From an uncultured Candidatus Rokubacteria bacterium (GTDB taxonomy: Bacteria > Methylomirabilota > Methylomirabilia > Rokubacteriales > CSP1-6), in assembly GCA_963747235.1 (NCBI GenBank), contig CAVVEU010000013.1:1-64000 (forward strand): a stretch of DNA of 64,000 nt. The letters run 5' to 3'. Shown one piece after another: positions 1-12,682 of this stretch (position 1 is its first letter; every line of letters begins with the position of its first letter). Under the pieces are notes generated by a model. It searched no databases. It worked only from the letters and a program-made list of their open reading frames with translations, and was not told the DNA's origin. A program made the translations under genes and the position numbers.

Positions 1-8
1 GGCCCGGC

Positions 9-282
9 CTACTCCCGGATCCAGGACTCGGCGAGCGGTACTTCGACCGGCTGGGCGCCGCGCCCCTCGGGCCCCGCGGCCGGGTCCACCGCGATCGAGG
101 GGGCCAGGCGGAGCAGGGCCTCGATCTCGGCGCGCCGGTAGAGGCGCTGGCGCTTGATGCCCTGGCGGTAGCTCGGGAGGATGCCGCGGCTCACGTAGGC
201 GTAGAGCGTCGCGCGCTTCACCCCGAGCAGGCCGCGCCGCCTCGTCCCCCGTCAGGTACTCGTCGCCGTCGATCACGACCAT
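9..282 (-). CDS. Small stand-alone helix-turn-helix (excisionase/MerR-like) DNA-binding protein, divergent from citrate synthase; one frameshift
   Basis: Stitched MVVIDGDEYLTGDEAAR/LLGVKRATLYAYVSRG; resembles the HTH N-terminus of HTH-citrate-synthase regulators. Confidence 0.75.
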
Positions 283-340
283 GGCCCCATGCTAGCAGTC
301 CCCGTCCGCCGCCCGGCCCGGCATTGTCAGGCTCCGTCTG

Positions 341-370
341 GTCTAATCAATCTAAATCAACTATAATCAA
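341..370 (+). promoter_or_regulatory. Three AATCAA direct repeats at 10-bp period overlapping a TATAAT -10 box
   Basis: gtctAATCAA tctaAATCAA ctatAATCAA; TATAAT at 362-367; GGAGG RBS follows. Confidence 0.6.
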
Positions 371-389
371 CCAGGGAGGACCAAAGGCC

Positions 390-1552
<1,163 letters not shown>

Positions 1553-1556
<4 letters not shown>

Positions 1557-3570
1557 AGCTCGTCCGGGAACTCGCTGAGCGCGGACAGGATCGAGAGCGG
1601 CGCGGCCTGACCGAGGCCGCAGAGCGAGGCCACGCGCACCACGTCGGCCAGCTCGGCCACCGCCTGGCGGTCCACCGGCGCGCGACCATCGAGCATGTCG
1701 CGCAGCCGCGCGGTGCCCTCGCGGCACGGCGTGCACTTGCCGCAGGACTCGCGCGTGTTGAAGTCGAGCAGCACGCGCACCGCCTCGGCCACCGGGACCC
1801 CCGCGTGCAGCGCCGCGACCCCGCCGGTGCCCGGATTCGGGTTGCCGCCCGGCACCAGCGGCTCATCGAAGCGGCGCGGCGGGACGAGGATCCCCGAGGG
1901 CCCGCCGAGGGCCACCGCGGTCACCGGCCGGCCATCCGGCGCGCCGCCGCCCATGCGCTCCAGCAGATCGCGCAGTGTCAGACCGAGCTCCGCCTCGATC
2001 ACGCCGGGGCGCGCCACGTGGCCGGAGAGGCCGAACACCTTGGTGCCGTGCCCGCGGCCGAGCCCGGTCCACCACTCGGCGCCGCGGCCGAGGATGAGCG
2101 GGACCGTGAACAGCGTCTCGACATTGTTGATGACGGTGGGCCGGCCGTGAACGCCCGACTCGGTCGGGAACGGCGGCTTCGGGCGTGGCATCGCGCGGCG
2201 GCCCTCGAGCGACTCCATCAGCGCCGTCTCCTCGCCCAGCACGAACCCGCCCGCGCCGCGCCGGATCTCGACCGTGACCGAGAAGTCGCTGCCGAGCACG
2301 CGCTCGCCCACGAAGCCCGCCGCGCGCGCCTGGTCCAGCGCGCGCTCGATGTGGCGCGCGGCCAGATGCGCCTCGCCGTGGATGTAGAGGATCACGCGCG
2401 ATACGCCCGCCGCGTAGGCCGCCAGCAGCGCGCCTTCGAGGAGCCGGTGGGGATCGCCCTCCAGGAGGTGGCGGTCCTTGAAGATGCCGGGCTCGCCCTC
2501 CTCACCGTTGACGATCAGGTACTTGACGGGCCCGGCCGCGCGGCGCGCGCCTTCCCACTTGAGCGCGGCCTGGAAGTAGGCGCCGCCGCGGCCCCGCAGC
2601 CCGGCGCGCTTGATGGTCTCGATGACGCGCTCGGGCTGCGCCTCGGCCAGCGCGCGCCGGAGCGCGGCGTAGGAGCCGAGCCGGATCGCGTCGGCGATAT
2701 CGCCGGGGTCCGTGATGCCGCAGCGGCTCATCAGCTCGCGCCGCTGGCCGGCCAGGAACGCGGCGACGTCGGCGTGCTCGGGTGGCGCGCCCGCGCTCGA
2801 CGGCGTTCAGCAGCGCGGCGGCCTGGTCGGCGGTCACGCGCGGGACGACGCGCGGGGCCTCGTCGCCGCGCAGCACGGTGACGACCGGCGCGGCCCAGCA
2901 CATGCCGTTGCAGCCGCCGGCGACGACGCGGGCGGGAAGATTGCGGCGCGCGATCTCGTCGCGCAGGGCGCGCAGCGTGTCGGCCGCGCCGACCGAGAGG
3001 CCGCAGGTGCCGGCGCCGACGACCAGGGTGAGCGTGGGCGTGCCCCTCACCCCGGCCCTCTCCCCGGAGGGGAGAGGGAGACTCGAGGGGAACCCTCGCC
3101 CCCGGAGGGGGAGAGGGCCGGGTGAGGGGGCGCGGCCAGCAGCGCGTCCACGGCCGCCGCCTGCCACCCGCCCGCGATGCTCGCCCTCCACCTCCACCAC
3201 CGGCGCCATCGCGCAGTCGAACGCGCAGTCGAGCCGCTCGAGCGTCACCGCGCCGTCGGCGCGTCGTCGCGCCCGCCGCGATGCCGAGGCGCCGCTCGCA
3301 CGCGGCCAGCACGTCCAGCCCGCCCCGCACCCGGCACGAGAGCCCCACGCAGACCCGGACCACGCGCCGCCCCGGCTCGGTCAGCCGGAACTCGGGATAG
3401 TGCGTCGCGACGCCGTACACCTCGGTCTTCGGCACGCGCAGATGGTCCGCCGCCTCCTCCAGCGCCGCGGGCGAGAGCCAGCGATCCCGGTGCTGGAGCG
3501 CGTGCAGCGCGGGCAGCAGCCAGGTCCGCTCGCGCGGGAAGCGGCTCAGGGCGTCGGCGGGGTCGGACAC
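1553..3570 (-). CDS. NuoE-like + thioredoxin-like [2Fe-2S] + NuoF-like NADH-oxidising flavoprotein fusion (frameshifted)
   Basis: LLPALHALQ, EVYGVATHY, CVGLSC, CAFDCAMAP; GTCG..GGCNGMCWAAP; GLRGRGGA, EGEPGIFKDR, GEETAL, NNVET, ESCGKCTPCREG, SLCGLG. Confidence 0.85.
3043..3129. repeat. Inverted pair of REP-like palindromic elements inside the coding linker
   Basis: CCCCTCACCCCGGCCCTCTCCCCGGAGGGGAGAGGG ... CCCTCGCCCCCGGAGGGGGAGAGGGCCGGGTGAGGGG. Confidence 0.8.
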
Positions 3571-3584
3571 GGGGCGCGGGAGGC

Positions 3585-4277
3585 TCAGCGCGCCGCGGGC
3601 ACGGGATCGCGCAGGCCGGCCTCGGCGAAGCCCTTCTGCCGGAGCAGGCAGGAGTCGCAGGCCCCGCAGGCCCGGCCGTCGGGCTGGGGCTCGTAGCAGG
3701 ACCAGGTGAGGCCGAAGTCCACCCCGAGCTCGGCCCCGCGCTGGACGATCTGGGCCTTGGTCAGCCGGATCAGCGGCGTGTGGATCGTGAGCCGGCTCCG
3801 GCCCTCGACGCCGGCCTTGGTGGCGAGGTTCGCCATGCGCTCGAACGCCTCGATGTACTCGGGCCGGCAATCGGGATATCCGGAGTAGTCGAGGGCATTT
3901 ACCCCGATGAAGATGTCCTGCGACTCGAGCACCTCCGCCCAGGCCAGCGCGTGGCTCAGGAAGATGGTGTTGCGCGCCGGGACGTAGGTCACCGGAATGC
4001 CCGTGCCCATGGCCTCGTGGCTCCGGCCCTTGGGCACCGGGATGTCGGCGGTCAGCGCCGAGCCGCCGATGGCGCGCAGGTCGAGGCGCAGCACGAGGTG
4101 CTCCTTGGCGCCGAGGGCGGCGGCCACCCGGCGCGCGGAGTCCAGCTCCCGGCCGTGCCGCTGGCCGTAGTCGAAGGAGAGCGCGTAGCAGTCGAAGCCC
4201 TCGGCCCGCGCGACGGCGAAGGCGGTCGTGGAGTCGAGGCCACCCGAGAGCAGGACCACCGCGCGGCGCGCCGGCAT
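3585..4277 (-). CDS. queC: 7-cyano-7-deazaguanine synthase
   Basis: [50 protein letters not shown]. Confidence 0.95.
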   Translation of the reverse strand: MPARRAVVLLSGGLDSTTAFAVARAEGFDCYALSFDYGQRHGRELDSARRVAAALGAKEHLVLRLDLRAIGGSALTADIPVPKGRSHEAMGTGIPVTYVPARNTIFLSHALAWAEVLESQDIFIGVNALDYSGYPDCRPEYIEAFERMANLATKAGVEGRSRLTIHTPLIRLTKAQIVQRGAELGVDFGLTWSCYEPQPDGRACGACDSCLLRQKGFAEAGLRDPVPAAR

Positions 4278-4953
4278 CAGACGCCCCGCTTCGCGCCCCA
4301 GATCAGGATGTGGAGCCGGGGCGAGAAGCGGAAGCCGTGCGCCTTGCAGGCCTCCACCAGCCACGGGGTGCGCGCGGCCAGGTCCTCGGCCCGCAGGCCC
4401 TCCGGCTGCAGCAGGACGCGCTCGCGCGGCAGCGCGAAGCGCTCGGCCAGCCGGAGCACCTCGCCGATCTCGCCGGGCTCGCTCACCACGAACTTCCACC
4501 AGGCCCCGCGTGCGAGAAACGCGCGAATCGCGTCGGGGTTGACGCGGGTGCTCTCGGGCACGCCCGAGCCCGAGAGCTTGAGCGACACGTTCCACTGGAT
4601 GCCGGCGTCGGCCTCGGCGGCCGGCGCGCGCGTGCCGGAGGTCTCGACCTCGACGACGTAGCCGCGGGCGCGAGCGCGGCGGCCAGGGGAGGGAAGAGGG
4701 CCGACTCGAGCGGCTCGCCGCCCGTGATCACCACGCGACGGCACGGGAAGGCCGCGACCTCGTCGAGGAGCGCGGGGAGGTCCACCTCGCGGCCGGCCGC
4801 CGGGTCCCACGAGTACTTCGTGTCGCACCAGCCGCAGCCGACCGTGCAGCCCTGCAGGCGCACGAAGACGGCCGGCAGGCCGGCGGTGGCGCCTTCGCCC
4901 TGGATGGAATAGAAGGTCTCGGCGATGCGGCCGCGGGGGGTGGTCAACGCCAT
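4277..4953 (-). CDS. queE: 7-carboxy-7-deazaguanine synthase, radical SAM (frameshift)
   Basis: [52 protein letters not shown]. Confidence 0.92.
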
Positions 4954-5053
4954 AAGTTCCGGAAAAATACTAGCATGGCCAGACCGCTGGAAGGTCTTGC
5001 TGGGTGGCCATCCGCCTGATATAACAGCAGCCAAGTCGGACAAGGAGGGTGCC

Positions 5054-5329
5054 ATGGCCTACAGCCTGACCGATTCCCTCAAGCACAACCGCTTCAGCAT
5101 CGTCTCCGTGGACAAGGCCGCCGGCACCGTGCGCGTGCGCGGCGAGGCCGAGGTCTGTACCGACCTGAGCTGCGGAGAGACGCTGGTGGTGACCGACGAA
5201 GGCACCACGCGCGACCTCGAGCAGCTCTACGCGGGCGACATCGTCACGCTCGAGCAGAAGGACGGCCGCGCCCAGCAGATCCGCGTCGTGCGTCGCGTGT
5301 GGGAGGAGTACTCCAGCCCCGAGTGGTAG
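5054..5329 (+). CDS. Small hypothetical beta-rich protein
   Basis: AGGAGG RBS, host-like codon usage, [14 protein letters not shown]... Confidence 0.65.
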   Translation: MAYSLTDSLKHNRFSIVSVDKAAGTVRVRGEAEVCTDLSCGETLVVTDEGTTRDLEQLYAGDIVTLEQKDGRAQQIRVVRRVWEEYSSPEW

Positions 5330-5338
5330 GCGACGCGC

Positions 5339-6056
5339 CTACGCGATCCCGGTGTGGATGGTGACGGTCCCCAGCCCGAGCCGCTTGTAGGTCACGCCCC
5401 GTAGTCCGACCTTCTCCATCAGCGTCACCAGCTCGCTCGGCGTCACGAAGCGATCCACCGACTGCGGCAGGTAGCTGTACGCCTCGCGGTCGCCGCCCAC
5501 GAGCTGGCCGATCCACGGGACGACATGATGGAAGTAGAAGCGGAAGAGCGCGGTGAACCCGGGCGCGCGCATCTGGGTGATCTCGAGCGCGACCACGCGG
5601 CCGCCCGGCCGGGTCACCCGCTGCATCTCGCGCAGGCCCTGCTCGAGGTCGGCCAGGTTGCGCAGCAGGAACGCGCTCGTCACGCACGCGAAGGTGCGCG
5701 TCGCGAAGGGCAGGGCGAGCGCGTCGGCGGCCAGCAGGCGTACGCGGCGCGTCTCCTCGAGCCCGTCCAGCTTGTCGCGCGCCACCGCGAGCATGCCGAG
5801 CGAGAAGTCGGCGCCGACCACCGTGCGGTGCGGGTGCACCTCGGCCAGGTCGATCGCGAGGTCGCCGGTGCCGGTGGCCAGGTCGAGCGCGGGGCCGTCG
5901 GGCGACGGCGATGGTCTGGCGCGCGGCCACCCGGCGCCAGCTGTGGTGCATGCCGAGCGTCATGAGCCCGTTCATCAGGTCGTAGCGGCGGGCGATGCGC
6001 GAGAACATCGCGCTCACGAAGCGGGCCTTCTCGGCGCCGTGGAGCGTCTCGGTCAC
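5339..6056 (-). CDS. menG: Demethylmenaquinone methyltransferase (UbiE/MenG), frameshifted
   Basis: [47 protein letters not shown]. Confidence 0.9.
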
Positions 6057-6903
6057 GTGAGCCGGCCCCCCAGCACCGAGAAGAAGAGGATCACCGCGAT
6101 GTAGCCGTTGACGTTGAAGAAGGCGACGTCGAGCCGCGAGAGGTCGGTCGGCGAGACGAGCGAGTGCTCGTAGACGAGCAGCCCCGCCACCACCAGCACG
6201 CCGAGCCAGTAGAGCAGGCCGAGCCCCATCTGGAAGCCCAGCAGCGCGAAGGCGGCGATGGTCAGCACGTGGCAGACCCGCGCGGTGGTGAGCGCGGCGG
6301 GAATGCCGAAGCGGGCGGGCATCGAGTGGAGCCCCGTGCGCCGGTCGAAGTCCACGTCCTGGCAGGCGTAGAGGAGATCGAAGCCCGCGATCCACACCGT
6401 GAGCGCGAACCAGAGCACGTAGACCGGCGGATCGAAGGCCGCGCGCACCGCGATCCAGCCGCCCGCGGCCGCGATGCCGTCGGTGAAGCCCAGGATCCAG
6501 TGGCGAGAGCCAGGTGAAGCGCTTGGTGTAGGAGTAGCCGACGAGGAACAGCACGGCGAGCGGCGAGAGCAGCAGGCAGAGCGGATTCAGCATCCACGCG
6601 GAGACCAGCAGCAGCGCGGCCGAGACGAGCGCCGCGGCGGTCACCTGGGTGGCGCGTGAGCAGGCCGGTGGGCAGGTGCCGCCGCGCGGTGCGCGGGTTG
6701 GCCGCGTCGATGAACCGGTCGGCCAGGCGGTTCACGCTCATGGCGAGCGTGCGCGCGCCCGCCATCGCGAGGGTCACCCAGATCAGCACGCGCCAGCCCG
6801 GCCAGCCGTCGGCGGCCAGCACCATCGCCACGTAGGCGAAGGGCAGGGCGAAGACGGTGTGCTCGAACTTGATCGCGTCGAGGAAGTGGCGAACCGCGGG
6901 CAC
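6053..6903 (-). CDS. ubiA: UbiA-like polyprenyltransferase (MqnP type), frameshifted
   Basis: [55 protein letters not shown]. Confidence 0.9.
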
Positions 6904-6919
6904 GGGGACGGCCGCGGGC

Positions 6920-8381
6920 CTAGAGCCCGTACTCGGCCCAGCGCCGCGTGACCAGCGCGCGGACGTCGTCGCTCATCACGATCTCGTCGGGCCAGGGCTG
7001 CCCGATGCCGTCGGCCTCGGTCTTCTCGGTCGCGTCGACGCCGAGCTTGCCCCCGAAGCGGTGGCGGATGGCCGCGTGGTCCAGATCGTCCATCGGGCCG
7101 TCCACGATGACGAGATCGCGCTTGGGATCGATGTTGCCGGTGGCGCGCCAGGCGACCTCGGAGAGATCGTGCACGTTGACGTGATCGGAGACCACCACGA
7201 TGTTCTTGGCCAGCATCATGAGCCCCAGGCCCCAGAGCGCGTACATGACCTTGCGCGCGTGGCCCGGGGTAGCGCTTCTTGATCGAGACGATGACGAGGT
7301 TGTGGAACACGCCCTCGGCCGGCATGTTCATGTCCACGATCTCGGGCAGCATCATGCGGATGATCGGCAGGAAGATGCGCTCGGTGGCCTTGCCCGAGCC
7401 AGTAGTCCTCCTGCGGCGGGCGGCCCACGATGGTGGTCGGGTAGATCGGGTTCTTCCGGCGCGTGATCGCTTTCAGGTGGAAGACCGGATAGTCGCGCGC
7501 CAGCGAGTAGTAGCCGGTGTGGTCGCCGAACGGGCCCTTCGAGCGCGCCGCTCGGCCGGATCCACCTAGCCCTCCAGCACGATCTCGGCCTCGGCGGGCA
7601 CGTCCAGGTCGCACCGTCTTGCACGGCACCATCGGCACGCCCGAGCCGCGCAGCCAGCCCGCGAAGACCATCTCGTCGATGCCGGGCGGCAGCGGCGCGG
7701 AGCGCCGAGTAGATCGCGCACGGGGTCGCCGCCGAGCGCGATCGGCGACCTCCATCGGCTCCCTGCGCTCCTCGGCCAGGCGCTGATGCTCGGCCGAGCC
7801 CTTGTGGATCTGCCAGTGCATGCCGAGCGTCTGGTCGTCGTAGACCTGGAGCCGATACATGCCCACGTTGCGCGCGCCGGTGACCGGATCGCGCGTGAAC
7901 ACCATCGGCAGCGTGATGTAGCGGCCGCCGTCGCCGGGCCAGCAGCGGAGCACGGGCAGGGAGGCGAGCGACGGGCGATCGGTCTCGACCACCTCCTGGC
8001 ACGGCGCCGAGCTCACGCGCTTGGGGCCCGCCTTGACCACGTCGAAGAGCGTGCCGAGCTTGCGCAGCTTGTCGAACACGGAGCCGGGCATGCGCAGGTC
8101 GATCAGCTTCGCCACGCGCGCCGAGAGCTCGTCGAGGCCGCTCGACGCCCAGCGCGGCGGCCATGCGATCCGGCGAGCCGAAGGCGTTGATGAGCACGGG
8201 CATCTCGGAGCCCTGCACGTTCTCGAAGAGCAGGGCCACGTTGCGGCCGCCGGCGCTCTTCGACACGCGGTCGGTGATCTCGGCGATCTCCAGATCGCGC
8301 GAGACCGGGCGCGCTCACGCGCCGGAGCGAGCCCTGCTTCTCGAGGTGGGCGATGAACTCGCGGAGGTTGGCGAACGCCAT
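6920..8381 (-). CDS. ubiD: UbiD-family menaquinone biosynthesis decarboxylase (MqnL type), frameshifted
   Basis: [51 protein letters not shown]. Confidence 0.9.
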
Positions 8382-8391
8382 GGCGGCCCAG

Positions 8392-8901
8392 CTACTCGTG
8401 ATAGTAGAGCGTCACGAGCCAGCCCGCGACGATCGGGAAGACGAGGCTCGAGGCGGTGCGCACCGCCACGAAGTGCCAGCCCATGAGCGGCGCCTCCCAG
8501 GCGATGATCCGCTGCATGCCGAAGAGCGACCACGCGGTCATGTAGGCCACGAGCGGCCCCAGCGCCATCCCGGAGTTCGAGAGCACCACCAGCAGCGGCA
8601 CGCTCACCATGGGCCCGCCCGGCGTGATCACGCCCGCGATGCTCGCCATGCAGATGGCGCCGAACCCGGACTGCCGGCCGAAGTAGCGCGCGACCGTCTC
8701 CTGCGGGATCACCACCTGGAGCATGCCGGCCAGGATGAGGGCGGGCACGAGGCGCGGGATGATGAACCAGAGCAGCGCGAGGCCGTTGCGGGCGCCCACC
8801 AGGGGCAGGCTCGGGTCCTTCACGTAGGCGACGACCGCGAACACGACCGCGAGCGAGGAGAGAATCAGGAAGGAGACATCGAAGATTCCCCCTCGCGGCA
8901 T
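8392..8901 (-). CDS. Small permease (DUF318/ArsP-like half module)
   Basis: Hydrophobic 169 aa, GVITPGGPMVSVPL. Confidence 0.65.
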   Translation of the reverse strand: MPRGGIFDVSFLILSSLAVVFAVVAYVKDPSLPLVGARNGLALLWFIIPRLVPALILAGMLQVVIPQETVARYFGRQSGFGAICMASIAGVITPGGPMVSVPLLVVLSNSGMALGPLVAYMTAWSLFGMQRIIAWEAPLMGWHFVAVRTASSLVFPIVAGWLVTLYYHE

Positions 8902-8964
8902 GGCGGCATTATACGTCAGGTGGGCTATACTGACGCAGCGTCGGCTGTACCGGCGCTCGAAGCG

Positions 8965-10802
8965 ATGCGCTGGGTCCTGGACTCCGTCCTCGTCGTGTTG
9001 CTGCTGGCCGCGCTTCTCGGCGGATGGCTGGCGATGCGTCGCACGGCCCAGCGCGCCCAGGCGCAGCAGCAGGCCGCCGAGGCGGCCGCCGAGCGGCGCC
9101 GAGCGACGCCTCGAGGTCCTCGCGCAGGTCACCCTGGCCCTCTCGCAGCAGCTCGACCCGGATCGCCTGCTCCAGCAGATCACCGACGCGCTCGCGACGC
9201 TGACCGGCGCCGACAACGTGGTGCTCTGGGAGCTCGATCGCGCCGCCGGAGTCCTGACCCGCGCGCGCGTGGACCACGGATCCCTCGATCGGCGCGATGG
9301 AGCTGCCCACATCCCTGACGATGGCGCAGGGGGGCACCGGCTGGATCGCGCGCCACCGCGAGCCCCTCTTCGTGGAGGATATCGCGACCGACGAGCGCAT
9401 CATGGCCGCGAAGTGGGCGCTGAGCCGCGACATGGTGGCGTTCTGCGGCGTGCCGGTCGCGGCGGGCGAGGAGCTGCTCGGCGTGCTCTCCCTGAACCTC
9501 AAGCGCGGCCGGCTGCCCCAGGGCGGCGACCGCACGCTCCTGCCCTCGTTCGCGGCGCAGGCCGCGGTGGCCATGCGCAACGCGCGGCTCTTCGCCGACA
9601 ACACCCGGCTCTACGACGAGGCGCGGCAGCGCCTGCGCGAGCTGCAGGACACGCAGGCCCAGCTGCTCCAGGCGGGCAAGCTCTCCGCGGTGGGCCAGCT
9701 CGTCTCGGGCGTGGCGCACGAGCTGAACAACCCGCTCTCGGTGGTGATCGGCTACGGTCAGCTCCTGCTCAGTCGCGGGGTGCCGGACGACGCGCGGCGG
9801 CCCATCGAGGCCATCGTCGCGCAGGGCGCGCGCATGGCGAAGATCATCCAGAGCCTGCTGCTCTTCTCGCGGCAGCGGAAGCCCGAGCGGCGGCCGGTGG
9901 AGATGGCAGACGTGGTCCGCCAGATCCTCACCCTCCGGGAGACGCAGCTCGCGGTCTCGGGCATCCGGGTGGAGACGGACTTCGCCGCGGGTGTGGCGCG
10001 CGCGGAGGGTGATTCCCACCAGCTCCAGCAGGTCGTCCTGAACCTGATCCTGAACGCGGAGCAGGCCATCCTGGGCAGCGGGGTGGGTGGCCGCCGCACC
10101 GGTGACCACATCCGCATCACCACGAGCGCCCGGCAGCTGGGCGACGCGACCTGGGTGATCACCCAGGTGGCCGACAACGGTCCCGGCATCGCGCCCGCGG
10201 TGTTGCCGCGCGTCTTCGAGCCGTTCTTCACCACCAAGAAGGTGGGCGATGGCGCGGGGCTGGGCCTCAGCGTGTCGTACGGCATCGTGGAGCAGCACGG
10301 CGGGCGTCTGTCGGTGGCGAGCGAGCCCGGCCGCACCGTCTTCACCCTCGAGCTGCCCGCGGCCGCGCCGGGCGAGTTCGAGCCGGATACCGCCGCCGAG
10401 ACGATCCGCGCGTCGGCGCGTGCGCGGGCGCTGGGCCGGGGTCGCCGGGTGCTGGTGGTGGACGACGAGCCGGCCATCGTGGAGATGGTGACCACGGTGC
10501 TGGACGACCAGGGCTGGCGCGTGGACGTGGCCTCGGGCGGCCGCGCCGCGCTGGAGCGGCTGCAGCAGACCCGTTACGACCTGGTCCTCTCCGACGTGCG
10601 CATGCCCGAGGGGGACGGCGCCGACTTCTACCGCGCCGCGGTGGCGCAGCAGAAGGAGCTCGCCAAGCGCTTCCTGTTCATGACCGGCGACACCGCCAAC
10701 GAGGACGCGTGGCGCGTGCTGCAGGCCACCCGGGCCCCGGTGCTGTCGAAGCCCTTCACGCCGCAGGCGCTGCTCCACGCGGTGGAGCAGGTGGGCGCTT
10801 GA
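8965..10802 (+). CDS. Hybrid sensor histidine kinase (TM-GAF-HisKA-HATPase-REC), frameshifted at 5' end
   Basis: VAHELNNPL, NLILNAEQA, DNGPGI, FEPFFTTK, GLGLSVSYGIV, VLVVDDE. Confidence 0.9.
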
Positions 10803-10837
10803 CTTCGGCCCGAGCGCGCGCGTAGTAAGGAAGGCTC

Positions 10838-11110
10838 ATGATCAAGGCGGACCTGGTCACGGCGATGGCGAAGGCGTCGGGCGGCTCCAAGGTCGCCGCC
10901 GAGAAGGCGCTCAACGCCCTCCTCGACGGGGTCTTCGATTCGCTCAAGCGCGGCCGCCGGGTGACGATCGGCGGCTTCGGCACCTTCCTGGTGAGCCGCC
11001 GCGCGGAGCGCAACGGGCGCAACCCGCGCACCGGCAAGGCCATCAAGATCCCGGCCTGCCGGGTGCCGCGCTTCAAACCGAGCCGCACGCTGAAGCACTC
11101 GCTCCAGTAG
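10838..11110 (+). CDS. hup: HU family DNA-binding protein
   Basis: MIKADLV, GFGTF, GRNPRTG, PRFKPS. Confidence 0.92.
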   Translation: MIKADLVTAMAKASGGSKVAAEKALNALLDGVFDSLKRGRRVTIGGFGTFLVSRRAERNGRNPRTGKAIKIPACRVPRFKPSRTLKHSLQ

Positions 11111-11167
11111 CCGCGCGCTAGGTCCGCGGCGTGGGTATCAAGCGTAGACTCTCCTCGAAGGGGGCGT

Positions 11168-12157
11168 ATGGGCCAGGTCACACGCAGGCAATTTCTCATC
11201 GCCTCGAGCGTGCTGCTCGTCGCGCCGATTGTCGAGGCGCAGCGGCGGGATAGTCCGGTACGGATCGGTTGGATCGCGGTCGGCACTCCGACGTCGAGGA
11301 CCTCCCTGTTTTTCGACGCCGTGAAGCTCGGCTTGCGCGAACTCGGCTACCTCGAGGGGCGCAACCTCGTGATCGAGGCGCGATGGGCGGACGGCACGCT
11401 CGAGCAGGTTGCCGAGCTCACCGCCGACCTGATGCGCGCCAGAGTCGAGATAATCATTGCGCAGGGACAGACGATCCACAAAGTGAAAGAGGTCGTCGGT
11501 GGCAGAATCCCGATCGTATTTGGGTTCAGTGGCGACCCGGTCGCGGCGGGTTTTGTCGCAAGCCTCTCGAGGCCTGGCGGGAACCTCTCCGGGGTGAGTT
11601 ATATGACGTTCGAGCTAGTCGGCAAGCGCATTGAACTGCTGCGCGAGGTACTGCCCGGCGTGTCGCGCGTCGCAATTCTTGCCAACCCTTTGCATCCCGG
11701 CGAGTCGCGCGAGCTCAGGTCGTCGCAGGCTGCGGCCCGGCAACTGGGAATCGCCCTCCAGTATCTGCCCGTGCGAAGCGGAAAGGATGTCGAGGCCGCC
11801 TTCGAGGCGATGACCCGCGAACGCGCGGAGGCGATCACTGCATTTCCCGATGCGTTGATCATGCTCCAGCGCAAGGCTATCGCGGACTACTCTATGCAGC
11901 GCCGTATTCCAGCGGTCTCGGGATGGGCGGACTTTGCCAGGGACGGCAATCTCATGACCTACGGCCCGAATCTTTCCGATTCGTGGCGGCGCGTGGCGAG
12001 TTACGTGGACAAAATACTCAAGGGTGCGAAGCCGAGCAATCTCCCGGTGGAACAGCCGACGAAGTTCGAGCTCGTCATCAACATGAAGACCGCCAGGGCG
12101 ATCGGCCTGACGGTCCCGCAATCGGTGCTGCTGCGCGCGGATGAGCTGATTCAGTGA
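11168..12157 (+). CDS. ABC transporter substrate-binding protein (ABC_sub_bind-like), lower GC
   Basis: RRQFL signal, GLRELGYLEGRNL, DPVAAGFVASLSRPGGN, LPVEQPTKFELVIN. Confidence 0.9.
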   Translation: MGQVTRRQFLIASSVLLVAPIVEAQRRDSPVRIGWIAVGTPTSRTSLFFDAVKLGLRELGYLEGRNLVIEARWADGTLEQVAELTADLMRARVEIIIAQGQTIHKVKEVVGGRIPIVFGFSGDPVAAGFVASLSRPGGNLSGVSYMTFELVGKRIELLREVLPGVSRVAILANPLHPGESRELRSSQAAARQLGIALQYLPVRSGKDVEAAFEAMTRERAEAITAFPDALIMLQRKAIADYSMQRRIPAVSGWADFARDGNLMTYGPNLSDSWRRVASYVDKILKGAKPSNLPVEQPTKFELVINMKTARAIGLTVPQSVLLRADELIQ

Positions 12158-12226
12158 ATCGGCGAATGACCGCTCCCAGCCGATAGCAGACACTCAAACT
12201 GAGACACCACCGCGGCGTGCCTTGCC

Positions 12227-12256
12227 TTGACACCCCGCAGCACCCGCCCGTACAAT
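12227..12256 (+). promoter_or_regulatory. Sigma70-type promoter of the tRNA pair
   Basis: TTGACA (12227-32) N18 TACAAT (12251-56), 12 nt before tRNA-Gln. Confidence 0.75.
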
Positions 12257-12268
12257 GGCCCCCGCTGC

Positions 12269-12342
12269 TGGGGGTTCGTCTAATGGTAGGACGCCAGGTT
12301 CTGGCCCTGGTAATGGGGGTTCGAGCCCTCCACCCCCAGCCA
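12269..12342 (+). tRNA. tRNA-Gln (CTG)
   Basis: Acceptor TGGGGGT/ACCCCCA, anticodon arm ccagg-ttCTGgc-cctgg, GTTCGAG, CCA end. Confidence 0.95.
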
Positions 12343-12363
12343 TTTTGTTGCACGGTAGTCGGC

Positions 12364-12439
12364 GGCCCCATCGTCTAGAGGCCTAGGACACGGCCCTCTC
12401 AAGGCTGAAACACGGGTTCGAATCCCGTTGGGGCCACCA
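12364..12439 (+). tRNA. tRNA-Glu (CTC)
   Basis: Acceptor GGCCCCA/TGGGGCC, anticodon arm cggcc-ctCTCaa-ggctg, GTTCGAATC, CCA end. Confidence 0.95.
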
Positions 12440-12552
12440 ACGCGGCTGGCAGCGGCCGTCTCCCCAGTCAGGAGACGGCCGAGCGTTGCCTGGCCCGTGA
12501 AACGGTAACCGACCGGCACGCCGTCGCGCTCCAGCGGCACGAACGTCTGCCT
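12440..12552 (-). pseudogene. C-terminal remnant of a putative large serine recombinase reading into the att site
   Basis: TFVPLERDGVPVGYRFTGQATLGRLLTG, homologous to the remnant at 18229-18325. Confidence 0.55.
12453..12481 (+). terminator. 11-bp perfect hairpin just downstream of tRNA-Glu (no U-tract)
   Basis: CGGCCGTCTCC ccagtca GGAGACGGCCG. Confidence 0.45.
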
Positions 12553-12682
12553 ATGCACGAGAGGTCCTCGGGTGTGCCCCCCGGCTCAGCGTAGGGTGCG
12601 TGCATGCGCGGTCGGTACCCGGCATGGGGGGATTCCGGGCGGCGCTCAGTAGCGTATGGGCTCTCAGATTTTTCGGCTAAAT

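Noticed and set aside
3585-4953. queCE as a Dpd or QatABCD defence system
   Set aside because: The sequences are canonical, in housekeeping context, with no dpdA, TatD or ATPase partner.
4954-5053. Possible preQ1 riboswitch upstream of queE
   Set aside because: No preQ1 stem-loop or A-rich tail is visible.
12078-12439. ORFs antisense to the tRNAs
   Set aside because: They are tRNA shadows; only the part beyond 12439 is treated as a recombinase remnant.
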